Shown here: positions 57,364 to 58,799 of the stretch, piece after piece
Layout: each line of letters opens with the position of its first letter
Numbering within the stretch: the stretch's first letter is position 1
Source: Thermoplasmata archaeon
GTDB lineage: Archaea > Thermoplasmatota > Thermoplasmata > Lutacidiplasmatales > UBA184
DNA length: 58,799 bases
Direction of reading: 5' to 3'
NCBI GenBank assembly: GCA_021823345.1
Contig: JAKAOF010000007.1
Location: 1-58,799, forward strand
Program-made: the position numbers and the translations under genes
Notes under the pieces: generated by a model
Databases searched by the model: none
Seen by the model: the letters and a program-made list of their open reading frames with translations, nothing else
Told to the model about the DNA's origin: nothing

Positions 57364-58680
57364 ATGCCTCATATGGCGAACGTAGGGCAACCTCGGCGCT
57401 GGAAGACAATTGGAACGATCGCGGTGACGGGACTGTTGACGATGGGATTCCTTTCCCTAGTCCCGATCCTCCTGAACTCGACCGCGCCGGTGGCCGCTCC
57501 GGGGGTGACGTTCCTCCCGGACGCCGTGCCCTTCGTGCACGTGATCTCGTCCTCTTCGAGTCACCACAAGCCCGGCGGCGGCGGTGGCGGCGGCGGCGGA
57601 TCGACCTGCACCACGACCCTTCCGGCCGCGAACGGCGTGTCCTTCACACCGGCCGAGATCCGGCAGGCGTACGGCTACTCCTCGACCTACACTGGGGCGG
57701 GAGAGACCATCGCGATCATCGACGCCTACGGGAGCCCCACGATCACTTCCGACCTCGCCTGCTTCGACCAGACCTTCAGTCTGCCGGCGCCCAGCCTCAA
57801 CGTCGTCGCGCCGTTCGGCAAGGTCCGCTCGAACTCCGGTTGGGGCCTTGAGACCTCGCTCGATGTCGAGTGGGCCCACGCCATGGCGCCCGCCGCCAAC
57901 CTCCTGCTCATCGAAACCCCCTCGAGCTCGTTCACCTACCTCGTGAACGATGCCGTCCCCTACGCGGTCGCGCACGGGGCCAAGGTCTTCTCGATGAGCT
58001 GGGGTGCCGCGGAGAGTTCCTTGACCTGCTCCACGGAAGCCACCGAAGCAACGTACTTTGCGAACGCCGTTGCCGCGGGGGCGATCCCGGTGGGTGCCTC
58101 CGGAGACAGCGGGGCCAATGACGGCACTTCGTCCCCCACGGTCGATTACCCTGCGGCGGACGTCAACGTCGTGGGCGCCGGCGGGACCTCGCTTACCACA
58201 ACCAACACCGGAGCCTACAACGCCGAGACCGTCTGGAACGATGGCTCCAAGAGCGCGACGGGTGGCGGAGTGAGCGCATGCCTCGCAGAACCCTCCTACC
58301 AGAGTTCCCACAACATCCTGGTCACCACTTCCTCCGGCTCTTCCACCCCCACCGGGCGGGCCGTTCCCGACGTTTCCTACGATGCGAACCCCTCGACCGG
58401 GGTCTGGGTCTACGACACCTCGGGATACTCCGGCTGGGTGCAGGTGGGAGGCACCAGTGCCGCGGCGCCCCAGTGGGCCGCGATCTTCGCAGATGCCCTC
58501 TCTGCCGGGGCCGCCATCAACGGAGGTAACATCCACGCGGACCTTTACAACCTCCTGGGGACGGCGAGCCTGCACGATGTCACCCAAGGCGGCAACGGTT
58601 ACTACTACGCAAGCGCCGGATACGACGCCTGCACGGGAGTCGGTTCCCCCGTGGAGTCGAACCTGATCAGCGCGCTCTGA
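57364..58680 (+). CDS. Secreted S53 (sedolisin/kumamolisin) peptidase without a classical prodomain
   Basis: ETSLDVEW (Glu-Asp), SGDSG oxyanion, GGTS serine, DVT.G.NG..GYD..TGVGSP calcium site; N-terminal hydrophobic anchor. Confidence 0.92.
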   Translation: MPHMANVGQPRRWKTIGTIAVTGLLTMGFLSLVPILLNSTAPVAAPGVTFLPDAVPFVHVISSSSSHHKPGGGGGGGGGSTCTTTLPAANGVSFTPAEIRQAYGYSSTYTGAGETIAIIDAYGSPTITSDLACFDQTFSLPAPSLNVVAPFGKVRSNSGWGLETSLDVEWAHAMAPAANLLLIETPSSSFTYLVNDAVPYAVAHGAKVFSMSWGAAESSLTCSTEATEATYFANAVAAGAIPVGASGDSGANDGTSSPTVDYPAADVNVVGAGGTSLTTTNTGAYNAETVWNDGSKSATGGGVSACLAEPSYQSSHNILVTTSSGSSTPTGRAVPDVSYDANPSTGVWVYDTSGYSGWVQVGGTSAAAPQWAAIFADALSAGAAINGGNIHADLYNLLGTASLHDVTQGGNGYYYASAGYDACTGVGSPVESNLISAL

Positions 58681-58799
58681 ACGGCGAGTCCCGGGTTTCC
58701 CCGGGGGCCGCATCGAGGGAGAAGCGCTGGATGCGCCCGCTTGATACGGCCCGAACCCCGCGGATCGGCTCGTCCCCGCGTCGCTCAGAACCTATCCTC

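Overview
GC-rich prokaryotic window that reads as archaeal, most likely Thermoplasmata. This rests on TATA-type leaderless promoters, a SelB-like factor with a degenerate G domain, a Hef helicase, archaeal-type GlyA, an AbrB-PhoU regulator and a Thermoplasmata-type wHTH; the taxonomy is inference. From left to right it holds: a lower-GC end with a VapBC pair, a decayed P-loop kinase pseudogene and a surface beta-propeller protein; a YprB-like exonuclease; an MMPL-MaoC-oah-had-dch operon resembling the anaerobic benzoyl-CoA ring-cleavage pathway; an ABC exporter; menA-like/ADH/CPBP genes; creatininase-uvrA-uvrC; a secreted lipase, mscL, a SelB-like gene and a GNAT; an AT-rich island flanked by ORB-like palindromes (candidate replication origin with no adjacent orc1/cdc6); glyA; hef with UDP-xylose genes; pyrC; ppk2; a six-gene Ehr (NiFe-less Hyf-like) complex plus a PhoU regulator; recQ and lysO. 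The most striking block is 45.7-58.7 kb. A STAND ATPase-TPR-wHTH regulator and a direct-repeat operator precede a membrane-anchored 1299-aa protein carrying a GH25 muramidase, a probable second GH73-like lysozyme-fold domain and six actinobacterial-type GYWLV repeats. It is coupled to a propeller/PKD surface protein and followed by an MFS transporter and a sedolisin. This is a candidate inducible archaeal system for lysing bacteria. No rRNA, tRNA, CRISPR array or transposase was recognised. All calls come from motif recognition, not database searches.
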